Shown: positions 10,094 to 20,549 of the stretch, one piece after another
Position numbering within the stretch: the first letter of the stretch is position 1
How the letters are laid out: each line of letters starts with the position of its first letter
From: an uncultured bacterium
GTDB taxonomy: Bacteria > Chloroflexota > UBA5177 > JANWHV01
Direction: 5' to 3'
DNA: 64,000 nt
Assembly: GCA_963729625.1 (NCBI GenBank)
Contig: CAVSOU010000008.1
Coordinates: 640,001-704,000 of the forward strand
Made by a program: the position numbers and the translations under genes
The notes under the pieces: model-generated
The model's input: only the letters and a program-made list of their open reading frames with translations
Told to the model about the DNA's origin: nothing
The model's database searches: none

Positions 10094-11512
10094 ATGAAGT
10101 CGATCAAAGTTGTGATCATCGGGGCCGGAAGCGCCAGTTTCGGCTTGAGCTCGCTGGCAACGCTGCTGCGTGAGCCGACCTTACGCGGTGGCACACTCGC
10201 GCTCGTGGACCTCAACGCCGACGGTTTGCGCTTGGTCCACCGGCTGGCAGAGCGTATGAATCAGGCGTGGGGCTCGGGGCTGACCATCGAGAGCAATACG
10301 GATCGCCGGGCTCTGCTCGACGGCGCCGACTTCGTAGCCTGCACGATTGAGGTTGGGCCGCGCGAGGAGCTCTGGCGGGAGGATTGGGAGCTTACGCTTC
10401 GTCACGGCTTGCGCCAGCCCTACGCCGAGAACGGCGGTCCCGGTGGATTTGCGCATGCGGCGCGAAACGTTCCCCAGATCCTGGATATCGCACGGGACAT
10501 GGAAGAGCTGTGCCCGAATGCGCTATTCCTCAATCTCACGAATCCGGTGCCGCGCCTGTGCCGTGCCCTGAACAAGTACACGTCTATCAAAACGGTGGGC
10601 CTTTGCCATCAGATAGGCTACGGCTATCTGATGGCCGCAGTGGCACTCGCCGACCACCTCGGCCTGGAGCTGCCGGCGCCGCTGCGGGACCCACACACAG
10701 CGCACACGCGTGCCTACTGGGACGAGATTGCGTCGTTCCGCGCACAACTCGAGAGTCTTGTCGACATCAAGGCAGGCGGCTTGAACCATTTCACCTGGAT
10801 GCTCGACGTGCGCGACCGGCGGACCGGCGAGGACCTCTACCCCTTATTGAGGGAACGCATCTTGAGCGACAAGACCGGGCGCGAGCCGCTGACAAGAGAC
10901 ATGCTGCGGCTGACCGGCTATATGCCGGTACCCGGGGATACCCACCTGAGCGAGTACCTGCATTACACCCACAACCCGGTGACGAAACCCTGGGAGCGAT
11001 ACGATTTGCAGCTCTATCCCTGGGATGAAGCGGCAGCGGATCGCGATGCGGGCTGGCTGCAAATCGCTCGCCTTGCGGACGAGGGTGGCCCGGAATTGAG
11101 CGATCTTCGCGCCGTCCAGAGCGAGGGTTTGTTTGAGGTCATTGACGGTGTCGCGCACAATACTAACGCGTACCGTGATGCCGCGGATGTTGCCAACGAC
11201 GGTGCGATCACGAACCTTCCGGATTACACGGTCGTGGAGACACCGGTAGTGATCAGCGGCATGGGCGTGCTCCCCGTGCGCGTGGGCGCGCTGCCACCGG
11301 TTGTCGCGGAGCTTTGCCGGCGTGAGGCCGAACGCGTGGAGCTAGTGGTTGACGCGGCGGTGACCGGTGACCGGGATGTGGCGCTGCAGGCTCTGGCGAT
11401 CGATCCGACAGTCGACGATATGGACGTTGCCCGCGCGGTGCTCGATGACATCCTGGAGACGCACCGGGTCAACCTGCCGCAGTTTCACGATCGCTGGCAC
11501 TGGCGGCAGTAG
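10094..11512 (+). CDS. Family 4 glycoside hydrolase (NAD+-dependent, alpha-galactosidase/glucosidase-like)
   Basis: IIGAGSASF, ENGGPGG, NLTNP, VGLCH, GGLNHFTW, VVETP. Confidence 0.9.
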   Translation: MKSIKVVIIGAGSASFGLSSLATLLREPTLRGGTLALVDLNADGLRLVHRLAERMNQAWGSGLTIESNTDRRALLDGADFVACTIEVGPREELWREDWELTLRHGLRQPYAENGGPGGFAHAARNVPQILDIARDMEELCPNALFLNLTNPVPRLCRALNKYTSIKTVGLCHQIGYGYLMAAVALADHLGLELPAPLRDPHTAHTRAYWDEIASFRAQLESLVDIKAGGLNHFTWMLDVRDRRTGEDLYPLLRERILSDKTGREPLTRDMLRLTGYMPVPGDTHLSEYLHYTHNPVTKPWERYDLQLYPWDEAAADRDAGWLQIARLADEGGPELSDLRAVQSEGLFEVIDGVAHNTNAYRDAADVANDGAITNLPDYTVVETPVVISGMGVLPVRVGALPPVVAELCRREAERVELVVDAAVTGDRDVALQALAIDPTVDDMDVARAVLDDILETHRVNLPQFHDRWHWRQ

Positions 11513-11811
11513 ACCGGCGTACACACGACCTCGAGATCCACTTCGAAGTAGCCGCGCGATAAGCGGTTACGCATAGCGTAAATAATCGGCCACGGGACCT
11601 CCGGATGCTGGGCGACGAACTCCGGATCCACGCGCTCGATGTCCTTGGCTGCCTCGCCGATGATCTCGATGTTGCGAATCACCGCGTCGTGTGTCTTGTC
11701 GTCTCTCAGGAATTCGGCTGCTCCGCCCTGCACGTACCTCGATATTCGCGCAAAAGCTTGGAGCATGTGATCGAGGTACTCGGCAACCCGAGCCGCCCTG
11801 TGCTCGCTCAA
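11485..11811 (-). pseudogene. HepT/DUF86 HEPN ribonuclease toxin, damaged
   Basis: DAVIRNIEIIGEAAK and HPEVPW are typical. The R-x4-H motif reads RNRLSRGY (His lost), and homology ends at DLEVV near 11520. Confidence 0.75.
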
Positions 11812-12030
11812 ACAGCCGCCGCCTCTCTCAGTACCCGTTCCCGGAACCTGCTCGGCAGAAACCTCGGGGTGACGACGTCAACCCGCATCCCGAGTAGCGC
11901 TTCCGCCTCCACTTGAAGCGCGGCCAGATCCATGAGCGACGTGACCGGCGACGGGTCGACAAGTAAGTCGAGATCGCTTTCCTCGGTGTCGTCTGCGAGT
12001 CCCTCCGGCGCGTGCTGTTCGACGACAAGG
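11808..12030 (-). pseudogene. MNT nucleotidyltransferase antitoxin, N-terminally damaged
   Basis: DTEESDLDLLVD...LLGMRVDVVTP...RERVLREA present; the FGS motif and a credible start are missing. Confidence 0.7.
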
Positions 12031-12275
12031 CGGGTGCCGGCCGTCTGGCGGAGGCAACCAGCCAGGTCAGGCAGGCCAGCAAGCAGATCGCTCGTGCCAT
12101 CGAAGACGTGGCATGCGGCACCGGCGAGCTCGCATGTCTGGCCACTCGGCTCAAGGAGCTGGTTGGACAATTCAGGCTGGATGTAGCAAGCTCGATCCAG
12201 ATCGCTCCGGCAGCCGGCGAGGCGCCGGGGCAGCCAGGTCGGCGTGCGCGCCGGTACGGTGTGCACAGCGCCTGA
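12012..12275 (+). pseudogene. Methyl-accepting chemotaxis protein remnant
   Basis: LAEATSQVRQASKQIARAIEDVA joined directly to the MCP C-terminal ELACLATRLKELVGQFRL. Confidence 0.5.
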
Positions 12276-12318
12276 TTGAGAGGACGCCTGCCAGCAGACT
12301 CATTGACATGCACACCTC

Positions 12319-12891
12319 TTGCTGCTAGAGTCGTGCGCAGTACGCCACCCCGCGGAGTTACATCTGATCGTCGGGCGAGTGGAGCAGCATCATACCAGGG
12401 TGGCTGGTCCGACAGTGCCGCACAGAACGCCGCTGGAGGTACTCGATACAGTGCCCACGCCGCGCCGGAACTTCTGGGTCGATATGCTCAGCGATCAAGG
12501 TCCAGGTCCGCCCACGCAAACGCCGATCCCGCCGGCGCCGACCAGGGCAGGAGATGCGCCGCTCCCGTCTTCGACCGCGGAACCGTTGGTGCCGCGCGCA
12601 GCGGAATGCGCATCTGCTGTGCTACCGCGTGCGGCGCAGGATGGGCAACGCAGATTGCGTGACCAGAAGGACACCCCGCCCGTCTCCAGCCATCACGGGC
12701 ATCCCGACCTGAAACCGCCGGACGCAATTGCCGAAATGGAAGCAATGGTGGCAAACGATGCCGACAATACCAAACTACGTCGCGAGCTGAGCATCCTTTA
12801 TCTAAAGGTAGGTCGGATTACCGAGGCCAGGGAGCAAGCGCGCAGGGCTGAGGAATTGCGAGCGCACCGGAAGCCGGACGTGCAACGTTAG
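12319..12891 (+). CDS. Hypothetical protein, Pro-rich region plus C-terminal TPR-like helices
   Basis: AIAEMEAMVANDADNTKLRRELSILYLKVGRITEAREQARRA is TPR-like; start uncertain. Confidence 0.45.
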   Translation: MLLESCAVRHPAELHLIVGRVEQHHTRVAGPTVPHRTPLEVLDTVPTPRRNFWVDMLSDQGPGPPTQTPIPPAPTRAGDAPLPSSTAEPLVPRAAECASAVLPRAAQDGQRRLRDQKDTPPVSSHHGHPDLKPPDAIAEMEAMVANDADNTKLRRELSILYLKVGRITEAREQARRAEELRAHRKPDVQR

Positions 12892-13041
12892 CGCCGCTCT
12901 GGAGCAGAAGCTCGTGCCGTCTGCTGTAAGCGTTCACCGTCAGGCTGTCCGCACATCAGCCGCTCGGAAGGCGCGTTCCGCGGCGTCCTGACCGGGTTGA
13001 TCCGTGCAGCACTGCTGCCCTGATGACGCCATCGCAGAGGG

Positions 13042-14460
13042 CTACTGGCGCGGCGATCCAGAGGCTTGCGGCACGCGCTCGCTCTCGTCGCTAGGGGTCC
13101 TGGGCGGCACGCCGTCGGGCTGGGCAGACTGTACGCCGTGCGCTTCGGCCTCGCTCTGCGCCAGATGGCGCTGGTGAAGGATCGGCCGCAGCAGCTCGTC
13201 TCGTGCTTGCTCCACATTGGCGAGTCGCTCGGGTACGTTTCCCATGGCCCACCTGCGAAGGCGTGAGTCCGCCAACTTGGCGGCGCGCGATTCGTTCGAC
13301 AGCTTGCCTTTCTGCCGGCGCAGCCCGCTGGCGCTGGCGTTTTGCACGAGATCCATGAACCAGGGCGAGCCGACAGGCTTCCGTACAGGTAATGGCAAGG
13401 AGCGACCGGTGAGGTTGAAGTACACCGCCATGCCAATTACATAAAGCATTCCGGCGACCGGAACCGCAAACAGGGCGCCGATGATGCCGTCAAGCTCGAT
13501 GCCGACAAGCAGCGCCATGAGCGCGCCCAGCGGATGAAGCCCCACGGCGTGGCCGGTGATGCGCGGACCGATCACGTTGGATTCAAGCTGCTGAATCAAG
13601 AGGAAATACAGCGCGACCCAGAAGGTAAGCGGCCAGGGATTGCCGGAAAGAGCGGCAATGGCTACGGCAGGCATCGAAGACAGCCATGGGCCCAGCATCG
13701 GTATCAACTCCAGAATGGCGGAGAGCACGCCGATGAGAACCGGATACTGCACGCCCAGAAGAGCCGTACCTACACCGGCCATGGTGCCGATGGTCAGGCC
13801 CATAAGCAGCTGGCCCCTCAGGTAGCCGCCGAGCACCTCGTTGATGGTGGCTTCGACGAACCCGACTCGGCTCAGCTGGCTGTCGGGAACCAGCTCATAC
13901 AGGCGCTCCTTGAGTCTCTCGCCATCGAGGAGCAAGTAAAAGGCGATGACCAGCGTCAGCACCAGGTTGACCAAGAAGTTAAAGGATGCCTGGACCAGCG
14001 TGGTCAGATTGTTGACCACATCGGATCCGAAGCTGGTCACGTACGCGGATGCCTGCGCCTTCACTTTGTCAAGGCTACCCAGCTTCTCCTTCTGCAGCCA
14101 CTTGTCGAGCGCGTTCAGCCACTTGTTGACCTGGGGCTGCATCTTATCCAGTTGTTTTGGCAGGTCATTGGTCAGCGTCTTGATCTGGTCGATCAACGGC
14201 GTGAACAGAAAGTACCCCACGATCGAAAGCGCCCCGAGCACCGCGATATAGACCATTAGAATGGCGAGCGGTTTGGGAATGCCGGCCTGGTGCAGACGCT
14301 TCACTCCAGGGCTGAGCACGAAAGCGACAATTGCGCCCATCAGAAACAGCATGAGCGGGTAAACGACGCGCAGGACAATCTGCCAGCACACATAGCCGAT
14401 TGCCGCGGCCATGATGATGGCAAGCAATATCTTTAGTGTGCGATCGACGTCAAAGCGCAT
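13042..14460 (-). CDS. AI-2E (PerM/YhhT) family transporter
   Basis: FYLLLDG, LGGYLRGQL, ELIPMLGP, QQLESNVIGPRITG...GLHP, GALFAVP. Confidence 0.9.
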   Translation of the reverse strand: MRFDVDRTLKILLAIIMAAAIGYVCWQIVLRVVYPLMLFLMGAIVAFVLSPGVKRLHQAGIPKPLAILMVYIAVLGALSIVGYFLFTPLIDQIKTLTNDLPKQLDKMQPQVNKWLNALDKWLQKEKLGSLDKVKAQASAYVTSFGSDVVNNLTTLVQASFNFLVNLVLTLVIAFYLLLDGERLKERLYELVPDSQLSRVGFVEATINEVLGGYLRGQLLMGLTIGTMAGVGTALLGVQYPVLIGVLSAILELIPMLGPWLSSMPAVAIAALSGNPWPLTFWVALYFLLIQQLESNVIGPRITGHAVGLHPLGALMALLVGIELDGIIGALFAVPVAGMLYVIGMAVYFNLTGRSLPLPVRKPVGSPWFMDLVQNASASGLRRQKGKLSNESRAAKLADSRLRRWAMGNVPERLANVEQARDELLRPILHQRHLAQSEAEAHGVQSAQPDGVPPRTPSDESERVPQASGSPRQ

Positions 14461-14717
14461 GCAGAACTACCGGTCACTATGCGTACCTACGAGCCCATGA
14501 TACATGGTGGTCTACCATCGCGCACCTACGATACGCGCATATTTCCGGCCCTAACCGGTCATCAGGAGAGCCCGGCGAGTGATTCTCAGGCCTGGCATGA
14601 CGGCGGTATCAATCGGCTGGTTTCTTGATGTCTGCTACCCTTGTTTCAATCGGTGACGCATGCCATGCTCTTTCCGAGTAGCAGCGAACGATGTGAATCA
14701 TAATCCAAGGTCTAGAG

Positions 14718-15590
14718 ATGTCGCGTACGGTCGAGGAAGTGCGGGCGTACTACGAGCACCAGCCAGAACGCGAATGGTACCGCTTGATACGCCATCGCGT
14801 GGAGTACGCTGTCACGCTGCGCGCGTTGCGCGACATATTGCCAGGGCAAGCGCGCATTCTTGATGTTGGCGGCGGCCCCGGCCGCTATGCCGTGGCCCTT
14901 AGCGCCGCGGGCCACGCCGTAACCCTCGTGGACATTTCGCCCCGCCTGTTGGAGCGCGCGCGCGCCCATGCCGCAGAGCGGAAGGTAGGCCTGGTTGCGA
15001 CCGTGGAGGCCTCCGCAACCGATCTCGCGTGCTTCGATTCGTCCAGCTTCGACGCCGTGCTGCTGCTAGGACCCCTCTACCATCTGCCGGATGAATGCGA
15101 ACGGAAGCAGGCCGTGCAGGAGGCGTTCCGCCTGCTCATCCCGGGCGGCATGTTGGCGGCTTCGTTCCTCACCAGATACGGTCCCCTGCGCCGGCTTGCC
15201 CAAAGCGATCCCCGACTGTTGCTTCGCTTTCCCACGCGGTATGAGACACTGCTGGAGCATGGGGTTCTGTCCGGTCCACCACTTGGCGACGAGGCCGTGC
15301 AGGGGTATTACGCCCGGCCGGACGAGGTTGGCCCTCTCCTGGCCGATGCCGGGTTCGAGCTGCTTCGATTGCTGGCGGTCGAGAGCATTCTCAACGCCGG
15401 CGACGAAAGGGTTGCGGCGCTGCATGGCCCCGAGTGGCGTGCGTGGGCTGACCTGCTGTACGATCTGGCCGACGATCCCGGCCTGCTGGCTTCGGCCACG
15501 CACATTCTGGCCGTCGGTGTTCGACCCCAGCCCTCCATCGATGTCCGCGCATCGCAGCGGGGAGCCGTGCCACGGGACGAAGCAGGGTGA
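14718..15590 (+). CDS. Class I SAM-dependent methyltransferase
   Basis: ILDVGGGPGRY, LVDISP, FDAVLLLGPLYHL. Confidence 0.88.
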   Translation: MSRTVEEVRAYYEHQPEREWYRLIRHRVEYAVTLRALRDILPGQARILDVGGGPGRYAVALSAAGHAVTLVDISPRLLERARAHAAERKVGLVATVEASATDLACFDSSSFDAVLLLGPLYHLPDECERKQAVQEAFRLLIPGGMLAASFLTRYGPLRRLAQSDPRLLLRFPTRYETLLEHGVLSGPPLGDEAVQGYYARPDEVGPLLADAGFELLRLLAVESILNAGDERVAALHGPEWRAWADLLYDLADDPGLLASATHILAVGVRPQPSIDVRASQRGAVPRDEAG

Positions 15591-16540
15591 ATGCGAAGGC
15601 CTCGATCGTCCTCCGCGGCATCATCGCCTGTGTGCTCGCGTGCGCGTGCCTCGACGCGTCGTCGTCGCCGATACGTGGGGCAGCGCCGCATGGATTCCTC
15701 GTCCTGGTGACCTCCATGCCCGCTACGTTCACCGGCAAGGGGCAAAGCGCGCTGTGGCGATCAACGCCAGACGGCACGGCGACGCGGCTGCTGACGCGTG
15801 CCGGGGCGGGCGCGCTCTCAGACCCGGCGATTGCTCCGGACGAGAGGCACATCGCCTACGTGGCTGACGGCCGCACGCTCTGGCAAATGAGTGCCGACGG
15901 CACGCAGCCCCGGCAGCTGTTCGCGGTACCATCCGGCAGCTCGGGACCGATGATCGATCCGCGGTACTCGCCTGACGGCGCCTCGATTGCCGTCACCGTG
16001 GGATGCTGCGGCAGCTTCACGGTGTCCGACGTCGCTGTCGATGGAAAGCACACGCGGCAGCTGCTTGGCGGCACCGGCATGCACATCTTCCTGGACTGGA
16101 ATCGAACGGGGACTCGCGTGCTCTACCTGGCCAACGGGGCCTTGTGGATCGCCGGCCCGGCCGGCCAAAAGGCACGGCCTCTCGGCGGCGATGCGCCGTC
16201 CGCGGGGAGCTTTCTCGACGCGCGGTACTCGCCGGACGGCACGCATATTGTCGCCACGCTGGTTCCGGCCGCGGGTGAGGAGGCCGCGGCCAATGCGGTC
16301 GTGCTGATGCACGCGGATGGCCAGTACATGACGGTCCTCACGCGGGACGTGCCCTTCGACGTGGGCACACCGAGCTGGAGTCCGGACGGAAAGAGCATCG
16401 CCTTCAGCGTGGGATCGGGCGATGAAGGATCTACGGGCAGGCAGCACGATCTTTGGATCATGCGCTACGACGGGTCGCACAAACAAGACATCACGCATGG
16501 AAAGCTTGGCAGCGTGGTCGACGTGGTCTGGTCGCGATGA
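15587..16540 (+). CDS. Secreted TolB-like/PD40 beta-propeller protein
   Basis: N-terminal hydrophobic signal; repeated P-x-x-SPDG (PAIAPDE, PRYSPDG, ARYSPDG, PSWSPDG). Confidence 0.8.
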   Translation: MNAKASIVLRGIIACVLACACLDASSSPIRGAAPHGFLVLVTSMPATFTGKGQSALWRSTPDGTATRLLTRAGAGALSDPAIAPDERHIAYVADGRTLWQMSADGTQPRQLFAVPSGSSGPMIDPRYSPDGASIAVTVGCCGSFTVSDVAVDGKHTRQLLGGTGMHIFLDWNRTGTRVLYLANGALWIAGPAGQKARPLGGDAPSAGSFLDARYSPDGTHIVATLVPAAGEEAAANAVVLMHADGQYMTVLTRDVPFDVGTPSWSPDGKSIAFSVGSGDEGSTGRQHDLWIMRYDGSHKQDITHGKLGSVVDVVWSR

Positions 16541-17709
16541 TCTCGCTTGGCGGTCGATGGTCGTGGCCGTTACTCCTCAGCACGATTGTGCTGGTGGTCG
16601 GCCTTGCGTCCGGCTGGCGCTTGCTGGAGCGACTCGGCTTCATCCTGGTCGCGTTACTGGCCGTGTGCCTTATCGCGACGCTGATCTCGGCGGTTGCACT
16701 CAGCGCCGAGGGCGCGCCCAAGAGCCGGGCCGTCACGGCCGGAGACATGCTTCTGGTCACCTACACGATTCGAAATCGCGGTTTCTGGCCGGTGGCGTGG
16801 ACGCTGCTCCGGCCTCAGGGTCTGTCGTCGCTGCCTGTCGAAGGCCAGCTTGTGTCCCTACCGTGGCGAGGAAGTCGCCGGCTGGACGTGGCAATCCCGT
16901 GCCCGCGACGCGGGAAATGGGCTGCCGGCGGCTCCGAGCTGCACGCAGGCGATCCATTCGGCTTCTTCGAGCGCGTTCGCACACGGCAAGGCAGCGCAGT
17001 CGTGACCGTCTACCCTCGCCCGATATCGCTACCCGGGCTTCAAGTTGTTACTTTCATTGGCCGCAGCATCGGTCCGCGCGGCGCTCCAAGCCCGCAGCCG
17101 GCAGCATCGGTGCGGGAGGTGCGGCCCTATCGCTCGGGTGACATGCCCTCGCGCATTCATTGGCTTTCCACTGCGCGCCTGGACACACTGATGGTCAAGG
17201 AACCTGAGGGCGAGCCGGCGTCTCACGTCTGGCTGGTCCTCGATCTGCAGACCGGCATACACTACGGCCAGGACGAGGGCGACAGTGTAGAATTGCTCGT
17301 CGGCGCCGCGGCCTACCTGGCCCAGGTGCACCTTCCGAGTCGAATCGCCACCGGACTACTGATCGTGGGACCGGGAACCGTCGTCAAACCCGATTCGCGG
17401 CGCGGGCAGATGCACCACATCCTGGAGACCTTGGCTACCACCGAGCCCCAGCTGGGAAGTGTAGAACACGCCCTGCGCATGCTCCGGTTTCATCATGCGG
17501 CCCAGCACAACACCATCGTCGTGCTCACAACGTGGGCCGACACGCGCTGGGCCGATACATTGCCCACGCTGGCGCAGTCCGGCAACTCGGTGATCTGTGT
17601 GCTGCTCGATACGCCGTCTTCGGGCCGGGGTGACATTCTGGACGTCCAGGCCGATCAGCTGCGCCGAGAGGGCGTGGCCACATATCGGCACACGGCCTGG
17701 GTCACCTGA
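16537..17709 (+). CDS. DUF58 family protein
   Basis: N-terminal TM; PRRG...DPFGFF...VYP, VREVRPYRSGDMPSRIHWLSTAR...LMVKE, WLVLD. Confidence 0.85.
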   Translation: MISLGGRWSWPLLLSTIVLVVGLASGWRLLERLGFILVALLAVCLIATLISAVALSAEGAPKSRAVTAGDMLLVTYTIRNRGFWPVAWTLLRPQGLSSLPVEGQLVSLPWRGSRRLDVAIPCPRRGKWAAGGSELHAGDPFGFFERVRTRQGSAVVTVYPRPISLPGLQVVTFIGRSIGPRGAPSPQPAASVREVRPYRSGDMPSRIHWLSTARLDTLMVKEPEGEPASHVWLVLDLQTGIHYGQDEGDSVELLVGAAAYLAQVHLPSRIATGLLIVGPGTVVKPDSRRGQMHHILETLATTEPQLGSVEHALRMLRFHHAAQHNTIVVLTTWADTRWADTLPTLAQSGNSVICVLLDTPSSGRGDILDVQADQLRREGVATYRHTAWVT

Positions 17710-17721
17710 AAGGTCGCAGAC

Positions 17722-19890
17722 ATGTTCGGCTTCCCACCGCTGCATCTGATGCGATTCGCCGTCGCCTATGGGCTGGCGCTAGCGCTGGTCCAGCTTACTA
17801 TCGCGGCGATCGCCAGCCTGTTCCTCTCCGGAGGCTCCGACCTTCTCGTCCTGCTCAGCGCGATCGCGGCGTTGATCTCGCTGCCGCTGATCATGTCACC
17901 GCTTTCGGACTGGATTTGCTGGCTTGTGATGCAGGTCGTGGGCGTCATGGCGACGATTCGGTTTGCCACGACACCGGTGACGTTGAGCCGGTCGCTCTCC
18001 TCGCTGCCGAGCAGCCCTGTCTCCATTGACCTGCCATTCAATCACGCGACCGTCACTCTGGGTGCCGCGGACAGCAACTTGCTCTTGCTGCTGCTTCTGG
18101 CACTGCTGACCTGGGAGCTGACCTGGGGAGTGCTCTGGCTGACCCTGCGCGCGAGCTACGTCTGGTCCGCGATCATTATGGCCGGGGCCACGTTGCTGGC
18201 GGCGGCCAACGTTATCACGAGCGCTGAGGTGTGGCTATTGCCTTTCTCGGCGTTGGCCCTTGCTCAGGTGCTATGGCACACATGGTCGGGGAGGCTGGTT
18301 CGCGCAGCTAGCCAGGTGGAGTCGTTGCGGCCTCGCGCTTCGACGGTCCTCTCCTTGCTCGGCGGATTGGCGGCCCTGGCCCTGATCGTGCCGATTTCCT
18401 GGGCCGCGCCATCTCCGACGAGCGCGTCGATCAGCCATCTGAGCCAGCAAGTGTGGTCGGCAATCGGACCCGCGATTAACGATCCACTGCGTCTCCTGGG
18501 CCCGAGGCAAGGCGTGTCGCCGGCGTCTTCCGGGTTCGGCACGCAGTTGAATCTCAACGGCCCGTTCAGGCCGTACCCCGGCCTCGTGATGACCGTGAGC
18601 CATGTGCCGACCAGGCTTTCGCCCTATTGGCGCGGCACGATTTACGACGTGTTTCAGGGGCAGACCTGGCAGGTGTCCAGCGGCGAAACGCTGCAGGTAG
18701 GATCCGGTGGCCCCATCCCCGCTAACGTGCCGCGCCACCAGCACAACCAGATCACGGTCGAGGTACAGGTTGCGCAGCCGGGCGATAGCCTGCTCTTTGC
18801 GCCGGGACGGCCAGTGAGGGCGAGCGTTGCCGCGCGCGCTAACTACGGCCTCGCGGGATCTGGGAGCGAGCCGGTGGCTGTGTATGCCGGAGTTCCCCTG
18901 GCGCAGGGCACTGTCTACGACGTGACGGCAGAGTTGCCGGCCGTGGCGCCGTATCCCGATGCCAAGGGGCCTCCGGTTGATTCACGCTATCTTGCGTTAC
19001 CCGACGGCATCGATCCTCGTATTACTGCTCTGGCGGCACGCCTCACTCAGTCCGCGCAGTCGCCCTACGCCGCCGCGGGCGCCATCGCGGAATACTTCAA
19101 GGACGGCGGCTTCACGTACGATACGACCATTGGTGCTGCTCCCAGCGGAGAGAATCCAATATCCTATTTTCTCTTTCAGAGCAAGCGGGGATACTGCGTG
19201 CATTTCGCCTCGGCCATGGCGCTCCTGGCGCGTGCAGCGGGACTGCCTGCGCGCGTGGTCGGAGGGTACGTCGGCGGGCGCGTGGTGAACGGCGCCTGGC
19301 AGGTGGCTGGCAGCGACGCGCACACGTGGCCCGAGATCTTTTTCGCCGGCACGGGTTGGGTGCCCTTTGAGCCCACACCCGGCTTCGGCGGCGCGCCGGG
19401 CGCTCGGGTGCTGCCACGATCGGGCGCGGCACGCGCGGTTGCCGGCACTCCGGCCAGAGTGGGGGTCGCTGCCACACCGGTCCCACACGTCGCGCGGCAG
19501 GGTGCGCGGTCACGAACCGGCGACAGCCGAGTGCCCACGCTGATCGCGGTCCTGGCGCTGCTCATCCTTGCGATAGGCGGGCTGATGCTTGAGCTGATGC
19601 GGCGCCAGGCGACGACGCTGAGCGGCATTTACCGCGCGATGTGCAGGACGGCTCGGTGGCTGGTTTTTCGACCGCTGGCCACCCAGACGCCTGACGAGTT
19701 TGCCCAGCTATTCGCCGCGCGGCAGGGTTCGGAGCACGCGGATGTATCGCGGATCACGGCACTCTACGTGGCCGCATGCTACGGGCGCCGGAGCGCGACT
19801 CGAGCCGAGGTGCTGGAGGCGGCCGAAGCGCTGCGGCGGTTGCGCCGGTACTGGATTTCGCGGCGCCTGCAGCCATGGAGGAGGGGGTAG
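17722..19890 (+). CDS. Membrane transglutaminase-like protein (TgpA-type)
   Basis: Multi-TM N-terminus; YWRGTIYD; GYCVHFASAMALLAR, DAHTWPE, GWVPFEPTP. Confidence 0.88.
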   Translation: MFGFPPLHLMRFAVAYGLALALVQLTIAAIASLFLSGGSDLLVLLSAIAALISLPLIMSPLSDWICWLVMQVVGVMATIRFATTPVTLSRSLSSLPSSPVSIDLPFNHATVTLGAADSNLLLLLLLALLTWELTWGVLWLTLRASYVWSAIIMAGATLLAAANVITSAEVWLLPFSALALAQVLWHTWSGRLVRAASQVESLRPRASTVLSLLGGLAALALIVPISWAAPSPTSASISHLSQQVWSAIGPAINDPLRLLGPRQGVSPASSGFGTQLNLNGPFRPYPGLVMTVSHVPTRLSPYWRGTIYDVFQGQTWQVSSGETLQVGSGGPIPANVPRHQHNQITVEVQVAQPGDSLLFAPGRPVRASVAARANYGLAGSGSEPVAVYAGVPLAQGTVYDVTAELPAVAPYPDAKGPPVDSRYLALPDGIDPRITALAARLTQSAQSPYAAAGAIAEYFKDGGFTYDTTIGAAPSGENPISYFLFQSKRGYCVHFASAMALLARAAGLPARVVGGYVGGRVVNGAWQVAGSDAHTWPEIFFAGTGWVPFEPTPGFGGAPGARVLPRSGAARAVAGTPARVGVAATPVPHVARQGARSRTGDSRVPTLIAVLALLILAIGGLMLELMRRQATTLSGIYRAMCRTARWLVFRPLATQTPDEFAQLFAARQGSEHADVSRITALYVAACYGRRSATRAEVLEAAEALRRLRRYWISRRLQPWRRG

Positions 19891-19965
19891 GCCGGCTTTC
19901 GCCACGAAGTCCATCGCCTCAGAAGGGCTCCAAGGCAGGTTATAACTCCTTGCTGCGTTTCCATC

Positions 19966-20403
19966 TCAAGCACGCTGTCCCGTGATGTATTGCTCGAGCT
20001 GCTCGATGCGGGTGTCGCGGTCGGTCAGCAGGCCTTTAACGACATCGCCGATAGAGATGATGCCGAGCAGGCGTCCGCCCTGCATGACAGGGAGGTGGCG
20101 GATGCGCCGGGTCGTCATCAGAGCCATGCAATCCTCGATAGTCTGATCCGGACGCACGAACAGCACTTTGTCCGTCATGATCTCGCGGACGAGCGCCGTC
20201 TCTGGGAGCCGGCCCTGCAGGATGACCCTGCGGGCGTAGTCGCGCTCCGAGACTATCCCAACTACCTGCCCCGCCTCTACGACGAGCAGGGCTCCAACTT
20301 GTTTCTCGGCCATGAGCTCAACAGCCCTGTATACCGATGCATTTGGCGGAACCGACCAGGTATCGCTTCCCTTGGTGCTCAGCAGATGTGCAACGGTAGT
20401 CAT
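19966..20403 (-). CDS. CBS-domain pair protein
   Basis: GIVSERDY, VREIMT, RIRHLPV, GIISIGDVVK. Confidence 0.9.
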   Translation of the reverse strand: MTTVAHLLSTKGSDTWSVPPNASVYRAVELMAEKQVGALLVVEAGQVVGIVSERDYARRVILQGRLPETALVREIMTDKVLFVRPDQTIEDCMALMTTRRIRHLPVMQGGRLLGIISIGDVVKGLLTDRDTRIEQLEQYITGQRA

Positions 20404-20549
20404 CAGTCATCGCCTCCTCTGCGATCTACCTCAAGATACTGCGACGATCGATAATGATCGTGGCCGATCCGACCGTGGAGGGCCCATACAGCATGTAAAC
20501 CTACTTCAGACATTCCCTCGACGCCAACGTGAATAGAAAGGTCTCACAT

